A DNA stretch of 64,000 bases from Candidatus Acidiferrales bacterium (GTDB lineage: Bacteria; Chloroflexota; Dormibacteria; Aeolococcales; Bog-877): NCBI GenBank assembly GCA_035533655.1, contig DATLTJ010000043.1:1726-65725 (forward strand), given 5' to 3'. The notes under the pieces are model-generated. The model searched no databases. It was not told where the DNA came from and saw only the letters and a list, made by a program, of their open reading frames with translations. The position numbers were made by a program, and so were the translations under genes. This document shows, in pieces, positions 27,781 to 37,102 of the stretch (its first letter is position 1; every line of letters starts with the position of its first letter).

Positions 27781-29528
27781 GCTGGCCAATCCTGACGGTG
27801 ATGCTGGCGATCCCAGTCGTCGGAGCACTGGCGGTGTTCGCGGTGCCTCGCAGTCGCCCCCGGGTGGCGCGGCTGGTACTGCTGGCGGCGACCGCCGCGA
27901 CGCTGGGTCTCGCCAGCGTTCTGCTGGTCGTGTTCTTGGCGATTCCCCCAACCTCCGACGCCCAGCTGAAAGGGACGGCGGAGGGGACGTCGCTGAAGAG
28001 CATCACCGGGCCGATCAGCTTCCAGTTCCAAGAACAGGTGGCGTGGCTGCACACCGGTCACTCGCTCTCAGCTAGCCATCCGGCCTTCGACGAGGGCAAT
28101 AACGCCTACAACCAGGCCGGCCCGCCCCCGATCAACTTCTCCTATCACGTGGGCGTGGACGGCCTGGCAGTGTGGCTGATCGCCCTGGCGGCGCTGCTCT
28201 TCTTCCTCGCCGCCATCACCTTGAGTCGCAGAAAGGAGCGGCTAGCCGCCTTCGCCGGCCTGATGCTGCTCTCCGAGGTGGGCGTGCTGGGGGTCCTGAT
28301 GTCGCTGGACCTGATCCTCTTCTACTTCTTCTGGGAGGCAGCCTTGATTCCGCTCTACTTCCTGATGATTGGGTGGGGCGACGAAAACCGAGGCCGAGCG
28401 GCCCTCAAATTCATCATCTACACGGTCGCGGGCAGTCTCTTCATGCTGCTGGCGATCATCGGTGTGTACTTCATCACCGGGGCGCACACCGGGGTCTACA
28501 CCTTTGATGTCCCGACTCTGATTGCCGCTGAGTCATTCGTCAATGCCAGCCAGGGTTCGATATTAACCCTATTCGGCCACAGCTTCACGCTGCTGACTGC
28601 GCAGGATTGGATGTTCTTGGCCTTCGCCTTGGCCTTCGCCATCAAGGTCCCGCTGGTCCCGTTCCACTCCTGGCTGCCGGATGCCTACAGCTCTGGCGAT
28701 ACCTCCTTCCTGATCTTCTTCGCTGGCATCGTCAGCAAGCTCGGGGCCTTCGGGTTCATCCGCTACGACCTGACCCTCTTCCCCCAAGCCAGCCACACGT
28801 TCCAGCCGCTGATGATGGGATTGGGAGTGGTGAGCATCATCTACGGCGCGCTTTCGGCGTTGGCCCAACGCGACGTCAAACGGATCGTGGGCTTCGCCTC
28901 CATCAGCCACCTGGGCTTCATCGTCCTGGGGATCTTCTCGCTCAACGTGGACGGACTCAACGGGGCGATCATCCAGATGGTCAACCATGGCATCATCATC
29001 GCCGCGCTCTTCATCTGCGTCGGCGTCTACGAGACCCGTTTCGCAACTCGGGACCTGCGGGAGCTGGGCGGCCTGGCCAAACCGATGCCGATCATGGCCG
29101 GCCTCTTCCTGATCGCCGCCCTGGCGGGGCTGGGCATGCCCCTCATGAACTCATTCGTCGGCGAGTTCTTAACTCTCCTGGGCGCCTTCCAGGTTTCGCC
29201 GGCGTGGGCGGTGTTGGCGAGCCTCGGGGTGGTACTGGCCTGCTGGTACATGCTGCGGCTCTACCAGGGGGTCACCCAGGGACGGCTGAGGCTAGCGAAC
29301 GGCCAGGTCGAAGAGCCCGCCGCCAAGGCGGTTGCTCGGATCGGCCGGCTCGATGCCGGTGTCGTCGAGTTGGCGGTCCTCGTTCCCCTGGTGGCCCTGA
29401 TCGTCCTGATCGGCGTGTACCCGGGTCCGGTGATTCGCTACACCCGATTCACCGCCGGTCAGTACGTATCGGCGGTTGATCGGGGGGCGGCATCTACGGC
29501 TGCGCCGGCCACCACGGCGGCGCCATGA
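27777..29528 (+). CDS. nuoM: NADH-quinone oxidoreductase subunit M
   Basis: Antiporter-like; FAIKVPLVPFHSWLPDAY motif. The loop after TM2 looks longer than I expect for NuoM. Confidence 0.9.
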   Translation: MSWPILTVMLAIPVVGALAVFAVPRSRPRVARLVLLAATAATLGLASVLLVVFLAIPPTSDAQLKGTAEGTSLKSITGPISFQFQEQVAWLHTGHSLSASHPAFDEGNNAYNQAGPPPINFSYHVGVDGLAVWLIALAALLFFLAAITLSRRKERLAAFAGLMLLSEVGVLGVLMSLDLILFYFFWEAALIPLYFLMIGWGDENRGRAALKFIIYTVAGSLFMLLAIIGVYFITGAHTGVYTFDVPTLIAAESFVNASQGSILTLFGHSFTLLTAQDWMFLAFALAFAIKVPLVPFHSWLPDAYSSGDTSFLIFFAGIVSKLGAFGFIRYDLTLFPQASHTFQPLMMGLGVVSIIYGALSALAQRDVKRIVGFASISHLGFIVLGIFSLNVDGLNGAIIQMVNHGIIIAALFICVGVYETRFATRDLRELGGLAKPMPIMAGLFLIAALAGLGMPLMNSFVGEFLTLLGAFQVSPAWAVLASLGVVLACWYMLRLYQGVTQGRLRLANGQVEEPAAKAVARIGRLDAGVVELAVLVPLVALIVLIGVYPGPVIRYTRFTAGQYVSAVDRGAASTAAPATTAAP

Positions 29529-31108
29529 GCGGATTCTTGGGCCAGCTGGCGGCGGCGGTTCCGGCCTGGTTCCCCCTCCACTTCGTCCCGGGATCTGACC
29601 TGATCGGCATTCTGCCGCTCCTGGTCGTGGGTTTGGGGTCGGTGGTGGTGCTGCTCGCCGACCTGTTTGTCGCCCGCCGCGGGCACCCAATCCTGCCTGC
29701 CATCACCGCTGTCGTTCTGGTAGCGGGACTGGGGACCGTGATGGGGCAGTGGGTGGTGAACCCGGTCCACTCCCTGATCTTCAATGGCGCCTTCGCCGAC
29801 GACCGATTCGCCCTCTTCTCCGACTTCGTGGTGCTGGCGACGGCCCTGGCGGTGGTGGCCCTCAGCCCCGGGTATCTGCGCCGCCGGGGGCTGGAGGAGG
29901 GAGAGTACTACATCCTGCTCTTGGCCTCGGTGACCGGGATGCTGGTGCTCGACGGGGCGACCAACCTGATCGTGATCTTCCTGGGGATCGAGCTGCTATC
30001 GATCCCGCTGTATGTGCTGGCGGGATTCGCCAGGGGCGAGCGGCTGCCCCAGGAGGCGGCTCTCAAGTACCTGCTCCTGGGCGGCTTCGCCTCTGGGTTC
30101 TTGGTTTACGGCATGGCCCTCATCTACGGCGAGACCGGAAACACCATGCTGACCGGGATCCACCAAGCGGTCACCCGCTCGGCGGTGCACGGGCCCATCG
30201 ATCCCATGCTCCTGGCAGGCATGGCGCTCCTGGCGGTGGGGCTGCTGTTCAAGGTGTCGGCCGCTCCCTTTCACTGGTGGACGCCCGATGTCTATCAGGG
30301 GTCCCCGGTGCTGGTGACCACCTTCATGTCGGTAGCCACCAAAGTCGCCGCCTTCACGGTCTTCCTGCGCCTCTTCTCGGCGACCTTCGCCCCCTACCGG
30401 TCGGAGTGGGAGATTCCGATCGCCCTGGTGGCGATCATCTCGATGGTTTACGGCAACGTGGTGGCGAGCGCCCAGAGCTCGGTGAAGCGCCTCTTGGCCT
30501 ACTCGGGGATCGCGCAGGCCGGTTACATCCTGATCGGGGTGGCCGTAGGCCGGCCCGATGGCACGCAGGCGTCGCTCTACTACCTGGCGGTGTACGCCTT
30601 CATGAACACCGGCGCCTTCGCCGTCGTGACCCTCCTCAGCCACCGAGGAGAGGATTGCGACCGGTACGCCGAGCTGGGCGGGCTCGGCCGGCGGCAACCA
30701 GTGCTGGCCGCGCTGATGTCGGTCTTCATGCTCTCTCTGGCCGGGTTCCCGCTCACCGCGGGATTTTTCGGCAAATTCTTCCTGTTTACGGCAGCGATCC
30801 ATGATGGCCAGCTTCCGCTGGCCATTTGGGGCATCCTAACCTCAGCGGTCTCGCTGTTCTACTACCTCCGGGTCATCTTGGTGATGTACACCCAGGAGCC
30901 GGTTGCGGGCACCGTGACCGATGCCGCCGGCGTGCTGGTGCAGGGGGATTCGGCGGCCGGCGCCGAGGGGCGGCTGGTTGGCTCCGGAGTTCTCTCCCGC
31001 GCTGGTCTCGGGATCGTCACCCTGGCGGCCGCTGGAACTGTGCTCCTGGGCGTGTTCCCAGCGCTGCTCTACACCCTGCTCCAGGGCATTACTGTGGTCC
31101 GTGGCTGA
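29525..31108 (+). CDS. nuoN: NADH-quinone oxidoreductase subunit N
   Basis: Antiporter-like; FKVSAAPFHWWTPDVYQGSP motif. Confidence 0.9.
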   Translation: MSGFLGQLAAAVPAWFPLHFVPGSDLIGILPLLVVGLGSVVVLLADLFVARRGHPILPAITAVVLVAGLGTVMGQWVVNPVHSLIFNGAFADDRFALFSDFVVLATALAVVALSPGYLRRRGLEEGEYYILLLASVTGMLVLDGATNLIVIFLGIELLSIPLYVLAGFARGERLPQEAALKYLLLGGFASGFLVYGMALIYGETGNTMLTGIHQAVTRSAVHGPIDPMLLAGMALLAVGLLFKVSAAPFHWWTPDVYQGSPVLVTTFMSVATKVAAFTVFLRLFSATFAPYRSEWEIPIALVAIISMVYGNVVASAQSSVKRLLAYSGIAQAGYILIGVAVGRPDGTQASLYYLAVYAFMNTGAFAVVTLLSHRGEDCDRYAELGGLGRRQPVLAALMSVFMLSLAGFPLTAGFFGKFFLFTAAIHDGQLPLAIWGILTSAVSLFYYLRVILVMYTQEPVAGTVTDAAGVLVQGDSAAGAEGRLVGSGVLSRAGLGIVTLAAAGTVLLGVFPALLYTLLQGITVVRG

Positions 31109-31874
31109 GGCGCAGCGGGGAGGGGAGGTTCGGCTCGCCGGCAAGTTCAGTCTGGTAATTCCCGTGCACAACGAGTCGGCCAACATGACCCGGGTGATCC
31201 CAGTCGCCCGGGAGACGCTGAAGCAGGTCGCCACGACCTACGAGATCGTGCTGGTTGACGATGGGAGCACCGACGACACCGTGGCGGTGGCCCAGGCGGA
31301 GATGGGTGACCAGGCGGATCGACTCCGCGTCGTCACCCACGCGCGCAAGTCCGGCTACGGCATCACCGTCGCCGACGGTCTCCGGGCCGCGACCGGAGAC
31401 TGGGTGGCGTTTGTCGACGGCGACGGTCAGTTCGATCTCCGAGACCTGCACCGGCTGGCGGAGCTCGCCGACGGTGCGGATCTGGTCGCCGGCTGGCGGA
31501 TCCATCGGGCTGATCCGTGGCACCGGTCGGTGGTCAGCGGCACCTTCAACGTGCTGGTGAGGTTGCTGTACGGCATCTCCTATCGCGACGTCGACTGCGG
31601 CTTTAAGCTCATGCGCCGGGGGTTGCTCCAGGTAGCCGAACCCATTCTGTCTCGTTCCGCTCTACTGAACACTGAACTCTACTTCAAGGCCCAGCGCAGC
31701 CGGCTAGTCGTTCGTCAGGTGGGGATAGGTCATCACCCGCGGGTGGCGGGCGTGCGCTCCGGCGGTCGCCTAGTCCCGATCCTCAGGGCGGTACGGGAGC
31801 TGGTGCGGCTGCGCATCGCCTTAGCTCGTAGCTGGCATCCGCCAGCTGCGAGCGGGGAGCGCGGGACTAGCTGA
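31101..31874 (+). CDS. Family 2 glycosyltransferase (polyprenyl-phosphate sugar synthase-like, Dpm1/ArnC-type)
   Basis: FSLVIPVHNES...YEIVLVDDGSTDDT...VAFVDGDGQ motifs. GTG 31101 overlaps the nuoN stop. Confidence 0.75.
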   Translation: MAEAQRGGEVRLAGKFSLVIPVHNESANMTRVIPVARETLKQVATTYEIVLVDDGSTDDTVAVAQAEMGDQADRLRVVTHARKSGYGITVADGLRAATGDWVAFVDGDGQFDLRDLHRLAELADGADLVAGWRIHRADPWHRSVVSGTFNVLVRLLYGISYRDVDCGFKLMRRGLLQVAEPILSRSALLNTELYFKAQRSRLVVRQVGIGHHPRVAGVRSGGRLVPILRAVRELVRLRIALARSWHPPAASGERGTS

Positions 31875-32808
31875 CCAGGGCGAAACTTTGGTAGGTGGCC
31901 GCCAGCCCTTCGGGCAGAGCTACTTGCGCCTTCCAGCCGAGGTAGCGGGCTGCCAGCGCCGGACTAAGGAAGTTGGAGCGGACCTCACCCGGGCGACCGG
32001 CTTCGTGTTCCGGAGGTCCGGAGAAGGAGGCCACCCGAGCCAGCGTGTGCACCACGTCGGAAACGGAGGTGGCGCGGCCGGTACCGATGTTCACGGGGCC
32101 CTGGAAGTCGGTAGTCAGAGCGGCGATGTTGGCGGCCACGATGTCCGCCACATAGGTGAAGTCCCGGGTTTGGCCGCCATCACCGGTAATTTGTGGGGCC
32201 AACCCCTGGCGTAGGCGATCGGCGGTGATGGCCACCACTCCGGCCTCGCCGGTGCCGTCCTGGAAGGGGCCGTAAACGTTGCCGTACCTGAGGGCTACGA
32301 AATGCAGTCCGAAAGTGCGCGAGAACATCCCCAGGTAGCCTTCGCAGGCGAGTTTCGCCGCTCCGTAGGGGGAGAGGGGCTTGGCCCGATCTCCCTCCTG
32401 GCTGGGCAGGCGTCGCGCCCGACCGTAGATGGCGCCTCCTGACGAGGCGAACACGATCCGCGGGCAGTGGGCGTCAACCGCCGCTCGCAGCAGCGCTACG
32501 GTCCCGACCACATTCACCAGCGCGTCCGCGGCCGGGTCCTTGAGGGAGCGGTTCACCCCACCCTGAGCGGCCAGGTGGATCATCGCCTCCGGCTGGAAGT
32601 CGAGCAGTGCCTGGCGGGCGGCCAGGGAGGAGATCTCCTCGCGCACCAGGGCCACCGCCGACGGCACGGGCTCGGGGCAGGCGTGGCGGAAATCGTCGAT
32701 GACGAGGGTTTCGACCGCGAGTTCGAGCAACCGGCGGACCGTGTGGGTTCCGATGAAGCCGGCCCCGCCGGTCACTACCACCCGCCCTGGAATAGTTCCC
32801 TTTTTCAT
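31867..32808 (-). CDS. NAD-dependent epimerase/dehydratase (UDP-sugar 4-epimerase-like SDR)
   Basis: VVVTGGAGFIGTH Rossmann motif and YGAAK catalytic YxxxK. Confidence 0.8.
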   Translation of the reverse strand: MKKGTIPGRVVVTGGAGFIGTHTVRRLLELAVETLVIDDFRHACPEPVPSAVALVREEISSLAARQALLDFQPEAMIHLAAQGGVNRSLKDPAADALVNVVGTVALLRAAVDAHCPRIVFASSGGAIYGRARRLPSQEGDRAKPLSPYGAAKLACEGYLGMFSRTFGLHFVALRYGNVYGPFQDGTGEAGVVAITADRLRQGLAPQITGDGGQTRDFTYVADIVAANIAALTTDFQGPVNIGTGRATSVSDVVHTLARVASFSGPPEHEAGRPGEVRSNFLSPALAARYLGWKAQVALPEGLAATYQSFALVS

Positions 32809-32996
32809 CGTTTAGCCATACTAAAGGCCGGGCTTGAGCGCCCCAACCAGGCGGGGCACCCTCTCAGCCGCGTCCCAGGCTTGGAGTCCACGCTTGCCGG
32901 CAGACTGGCAAGGTCGAACCGTCGCCGGTTCGCGGGATAGCCCGGCTGCCGCGTCGGTGGCCGCAACGCTGAACGAGCGTAGGGAGAAGATCAGGC

Positions 32997-34619
32997 GTGG
33001 AGGCAGGGCGGTTGGACAGCGCGACTGACGCGTGGCCGGACGCCGCCGGGGCGACGCTCTCTCCCCCTCGATCGAGGTGGGCGCAGCTGCGGACCTTGAC
33101 CGTTCCTCTGGTGCTGCTGCTGGTACTGCGACTGCCCTCCCTCTACGAGCCCCACTGGTACACGGATGAGGCGGGCTACGCCAACGTAGCTTGGCAGATG
33201 GCGCACGGCAAGGTGCTGTTCCTGACCACCTGGAACAACAAGCCTCCCCTGCTTTTCTGGATCTTTCAGCTCGGGCTGGGGATCTCCGGGCCCAGCGAGT
33301 TCGGGATCCATCTCCTCTCCACCGCCGCCGAGGCCGCCGCCTTGGTCGGAACCTGGATCCTGGCCCGGCGGTACCTCAGTCTCCGCCGCAGGTGGGCAGC
33401 CATGTTGCTGGCGGCGTTCTTCTTGGCGACCCCGATCTTCAACGGCGATCTGGCGCTTCCCGAGAACTTTCTGATCGCCTTCACCCCCTGGGCCATGGTG
33501 GCGGTCTTGGCCTCCCTGCGGGCTAAGGAAAGAAGTCGGGCGGTTGTCTGGGCCGCTCTGGCCGGGCTACTCTTCGCCGCCGCCATCCTGATCCAGCAGA
33601 CGGGCCTGGCTGACCTGGCGGCCGGCGGCCTGCTGATGCTGGTCGCCAGCCGCCGGGGCGTGTGGCTGGCGGTGACCACCGGCATCTTCGCAGCGCTGGT
33701 GACCGGCGGCGTGCTGGCGCCTTTCGTGATCGCCGCTGGGCTCCACAACGTGATTTTCTTCCTGGTCTCCACCTACACGGGTTATACCCAAACCTCCCTG
33801 CAGCCTTCGTTTCTGTCGCTGATCCCGCGGGCCGTGGCGGGACTTCTGCTGCTGGTGGGGTTGTACAGCGCTCGGAACTGGTCCGCCGAGCGGCTGCTGC
33901 CCTGGGTGTGGCTGGCGATGTTGCTGCTCGCCTACGGCCTTCCGAATCGCCCTTACGTGCACTTTTTACTGCCGGCCGTGCCGGCCGGCGCCCTGCTGCT
34001 GGCCCGGGTCGGCGTGCCCAACTGGCGTGCCTGGTGGTCGTGGTCGGGATTGGCCGGGGTGCCGTTGTTGGGCGCGATCGTGGTCAGTACCTTGCTTTGG
34101 GTTTCGATGATCGCCGCCGGACTAGCCGGAGGCAGTCTCTTCACCGTCAAGTTGACAGGCGAGTACTACCCCGCTTTTGTGGGCAAGCTGACGGGAGCGC
34201 TGACAGCGAGCGGGTACGTTTCCGTTTTCGACGAACGCGCCATTGCCGAGCACGATGCCGTGCTCTGGCTCGAGCAGAACCACCTGACTGGCTCCACCGC
34301 GGTCGTGTGGTCTTCCGACTCCTGGGCCTACTTGCTGGCCGGGTTGCGACCGATTCTGCCCGAGCCAACCATCTACGAGAACAGCCAGATTCTGGGTAAC
34401 CCGAATCTGTTGCGGCGAGTGCAGGTGGATCGGCCAGTGGTGGTAATCCTGACCAGTGACGCGTACACCGAGTACGGTCCAATCCTGCCAGTGCTGCAGA
34501 AGGGCTACACCGAAGTGGAGGCGTCAGCCAATGGCGAGCTCTGGATCAGATCCGACATCGCGACGCGAGTCCTGACCGCGGCGGTGGCCAAGCGTGATCA
34601 CAAGCGGTCCAGCGGGTAG
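32997..34619 (+). CDS. ArnT/PMT-like family 39 glycosyltransferase (polytopic membrane protein)
   Basis: YTDEAGYANVAWQMAHGKVLF...NKPPLLFW N-terminal loop motif typical of GT39/GT83-like enzymes, followed by many TM helices. Confidence 0.7.
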   Translation: MEAGRLDSATDAWPDAAGATLSPPRSRWAQLRTLTVPLVLLLVLRLPSLYEPHWYTDEAGYANVAWQMAHGKVLFLTTWNNKPPLLFWIFQLGLGISGPSEFGIHLLSTAAEAAALVGTWILARRYLSLRRRWAAMLLAAFFLATPIFNGDLALPENFLIAFTPWAMVAVLASLRAKERSRAVVWAALAGLLFAAAILIQQTGLADLAAGGLLMLVASRRGVWLAVTTGIFAALVTGGVLAPFVIAAGLHNVIFFLVSTYTGYTQTSLQPSFLSLIPRAVAGLLLLVGLYSARNWSAERLLPWVWLAMLLLAYGLPNRPYVHFLLPAVPAGALLLARVGVPNWRAWWSWSGLAGVPLLGAIVVSTLLWVSMIAAGLAGGSLFTVKLTGEYYPAFVGKLTGALTASGYVSVFDERAIAEHDAVLWLEQNHLTGSTAVVWSSDSWAYLLAGLRPILPEPTIYENSQILGNPNLLRRVQVDRPVVVILTSDAYTEYGPILPVLQKGYTEVEASANGELWIRSDIATRVLTAAVAKRDHKRSSG

Positions 34620-34652
34620 AGACAACTCCCGGAAGGCTCGGTTCTGACCTGG

Positions 34653-34686
34653 TCCGCTGCATTTGGCTTGCCGGTCCGGCAGCGGA
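34653..34686 (+). terminator. Stem-loop after the GT39 gene (8-bp stem TCCGCTGC/GCAGCGGA), no U-tract
   Basis: Perfect 8-bp inverted repeat read directly; the missing T-run makes function uncertain. Confidence 0.25.
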
Positions 34687-34799
34687 GCTTCATCGAGGTC
34701 GAAGCGATGGAAAACGGTGGGCCGTGGGACCGAACAGATCTGGCCAAGCGACTGAGAGTCTAATCTGGGAGAGGAGCCAATTCAGGAGGTCAGGACCGA

Positions 34800-35306
34800 A
34801 TGTCGGACGAGACGTGGGTCATCGAGGTGGTCGTCGAGATCCCCAAGGGCAGCCGCAACAAATACGAGATGGACCATCACACCCACCGGGTTCGTCTGGA
34901 TCGAGTGCTGCATTCCTCAGTCCACTACCCGACCGACTACGGCTTCGTCCCAGAAACTTTAGCTGAGGACGGCGATCCCCTGGACGCCTTGGTGATCGTG
35001 GAAGAGGGGACCTTCCCCGGGTGCGAAGTGCCCGCCCGGCCGATCGGTCTGTTGCACATGGCGGACGAGCACGGCACCGACATCAAGCTGCTCTGCGTCG
35101 CGGCCGGGGACCCCCGGTTCGACACCATCAGGGAGCTGGCGGACCTGGCGCCGCACTGGCTTCGGGAGATCGAGATCTTCTTCGAGACCTACAAGCAACT
35201 GGAGGACCAGAAGGAGGTCTCGGTGGGCGGCTGGGAGGGTCGGGCTGCCGCGATGGCGGCTGTCGAGCGGTGCCGCCAGCGGGCCCTCCCTCCCCCGGGC
35301 CCGTGA
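34800..35306 (+). CDS. ppa: Inorganic pyrophosphatase (family I)
   Basis: EIPKGSRNKYEMD...YPTDYGFVPETL..DGDPLDALV. Confidence 0.95.
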   Translation: MSDETWVIEVVVEIPKGSRNKYEMDHHTHRVRLDRVLHSSVHYPTDYGFVPETLAEDGDPLDALVIVEEGTFPGCEVPARPIGLLHMADEHGTDIKLLCVAAGDPRFDTIRELADLAPHWLREIEIFFETYKQLEDQKEVSVGGWEGRAAAMAAVERCRQRALPPPGP

Positions 35307-35390
35307 GCTGAGCCGAAGTGGCCCAGATGCCTATCATGGGAAGGGATCAGGTTTGCGTTGGGTGAGCCGCGCCTACTTCTGGGAGGTTCC

Positions 35391-36314
35391 ATGCGGGACA
35401 AGGTCTCGGTCATCGGTGCTGGGAATGTGGGAGCCACCCTCGCTCAGCGCCTAGCGGAGCTGGACCTGGTCGACGTGGCCCTGGTCGACGTGGTCGAGGG
35501 GTTGGCGGAGGGGAAGGCGCTTGACCTCCTGGAGGCGGGGCCGGTGGTCGGCTACGACACCCAGGTGGTCGGCAGCACCGACTACTCGATCACCAAGGAC
35601 TCCCGCGTCGTGGTCATCACCTCCGGTCTGGCCCGCAAGCCGGGAATGAGTCGGGACGACCTGGCCAGCGCCAACGCCAAGATCGTCGGCGAGGTCACGA
35701 CCGCCGTGATCAAACTGTCGCCCGGCGCGATCCTGATCATCGTCACCAATCCGCTGGACGTGATGACCGAGCTGGCCCTGCGGGTCAGTGGCCTGCCCCG
35801 GACCCGGGTGATCGGCATGGCTGGGGTCCTTGACACCGCGCGTTTCCGCACCTTTTTGGCCGCCGAGCTGCGGGTCTCGGTACGCAGCGTCGAGGCCTAC
35901 GTCTTGGGCGGCCATGGCGACTTCATGGTGCCGCTCCGAGGGGTGACCACGGTCGCCGGGGTGCCGGTCGGCCGACTGATCCCAGCCGATAAGCTGGAGG
36001 AGATCGTGCAGCGCACCCGCGACGGGGGGGCCGAGATCGTCCGCCATCTCAAGACCGGCAGCGCCTTTTACGCGCCTTCCGCCTCGACGGCCCAGATGGT
36101 GGAGGCCATCCTTCTGGACCGCGGTCAGATCCTCCCTTGTGCCATGCGGCTGGCAGGGGAATACGGCCTCGAAGGTGTCGTGGTGGGTGTCCCGGTCAAG
36201 CTGGGGAGGGAGGGGGTCACGGAGGTCATCGAGGTCGAGCTGACCTCCGCCGAGCGGGCTGAGCTGGTGAGCTCGGCGGCGGCGGTGCGCGAGACCATCG
36301 CGGTCCTGGGCTGA
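35391..36314 (+). CDS. mdh: Malate dehydrogenase (LDH-like MDH)
   Basis: KVSVIGAGNVGATLA and IVTNPLDVMT motifs. GGGAGG precedes the ATG at 35391. Confidence 0.85.
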   Translation: MRDKVSVIGAGNVGATLAQRLAELDLVDVALVDVVEGLAEGKALDLLEAGPVVGYDTQVVGSTDYSITKDSRVVVITSGLARKPGMSRDDLASANAKIVGEVTTAVIKLSPGAILIIVTNPLDVMTELALRVSGLPRTRVIGMAGVLDTARFRTFLAAELRVSVRSVEAYVLGGHGDFMVPLRGVTTVAGVPVGRLIPADKLEEIVQRTRDGGAEIVRHLKTGSAFYAPSASTAQMVEAILLDRGQILPCAMRLAGEYGLEGVVVGVPVKLGREGVTEVIEVELTSAERAELVSSAAAVRETIAVLG

Positions 36315-37090
36315 TGGCGGCCAGCCTACGCCTGGGCCGCGCGGGTCGAGCCCAACTGAAGCAGTTGTGGTGGCTGTACCCGGCCAACGTGGTGGGCTGG
36401 CTGAGCTTCTTCGGCCTCTACAGCCTCTGGACGATCGTCTTCTTCCACAGCGACCAGTTCCACCAATACCTGTCGCCGTTCTACTCGCCGCAGGTGGCGC
36501 TCGGGCGTACTCCCGTCTCCCCCGCGCTCTTCATCTTCTACATACCGCTGGGCTTCCGGGCCACCTGCTACTACTACCGCAAGGCCTACTACCGCTCCTT
36601 CTTCGCCGACCCGCCCGCCTGCGCCAAGGGTGAGCCCTCCTTGCTGGCGGCCGTCGCACCCACCGGGCGGGGGACGGCCTACCGCGGCGAAGCCAAGCTG
36701 CCCTTCGTCCTGAACAACCTGCACCGCTTCTTCATGTACCTGGCCGTGGGCTTCGTGGTGGTGCTCTGGATCGACGTGATCCGCGCCTTCTCGTACCACG
36801 GCCACCTCGGCTTCGGGTTGGGGACGGCGCTGATGCTGGTGAACATCGTGCTCCTGACCGGTTACACCTTCGGTTGCCATTCGCTGCGCCATCTGGTGGG
36901 CGGGAGCGTGGACTGCTTCTCCTGTGTTCTGGCGGGAGCCCAGCGCCGCCAGCTCTGGAAGGGCGCCAGCTGGCTCAACGCTCGCCACTCCATCTTCGCC
37001 TGGCTCAGCCTCTTCAGCTTGATCATCACCGACGTCTACATCCGGCTGCTCCAGTACGGGGTCATCCATGACCCGCACCTGGGTTTCTGA
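36314..37090 (+). CDS. Putative membrane anchor subunit of a succinate dehydrogenase/fumarate reductase
   Basis: 258-aa polytopic protein directly upstream of the Sdh flavoprotein ORF. The call comes mainly from context. Confidence 0.5.
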   Translation: MAASLRLGRAGRAQLKQLWWLYPANVVGWLSFFGLYSLWTIVFFHSDQFHQYLSPFYSPQVALGRTPVSPALFIFYIPLGFRATCYYYRKAYYRSFFADPPACAKGEPSLLAAVAPTGRGTAYRGEAKLPFVLNNLHRFFMYLAVGFVVVLWIDVIRAFSYHGHLGFGLGTALMLVNIVLLTGYTFGCHSLRHLVGGSVDCFSCVLAGAQRRQLWKGASWLNARHSIFAWLSLFSLIITDVYIRLLQYGVIHDPHLGF

Positions 37091-37102
37091 GTTGCCCCGC
37101 TC

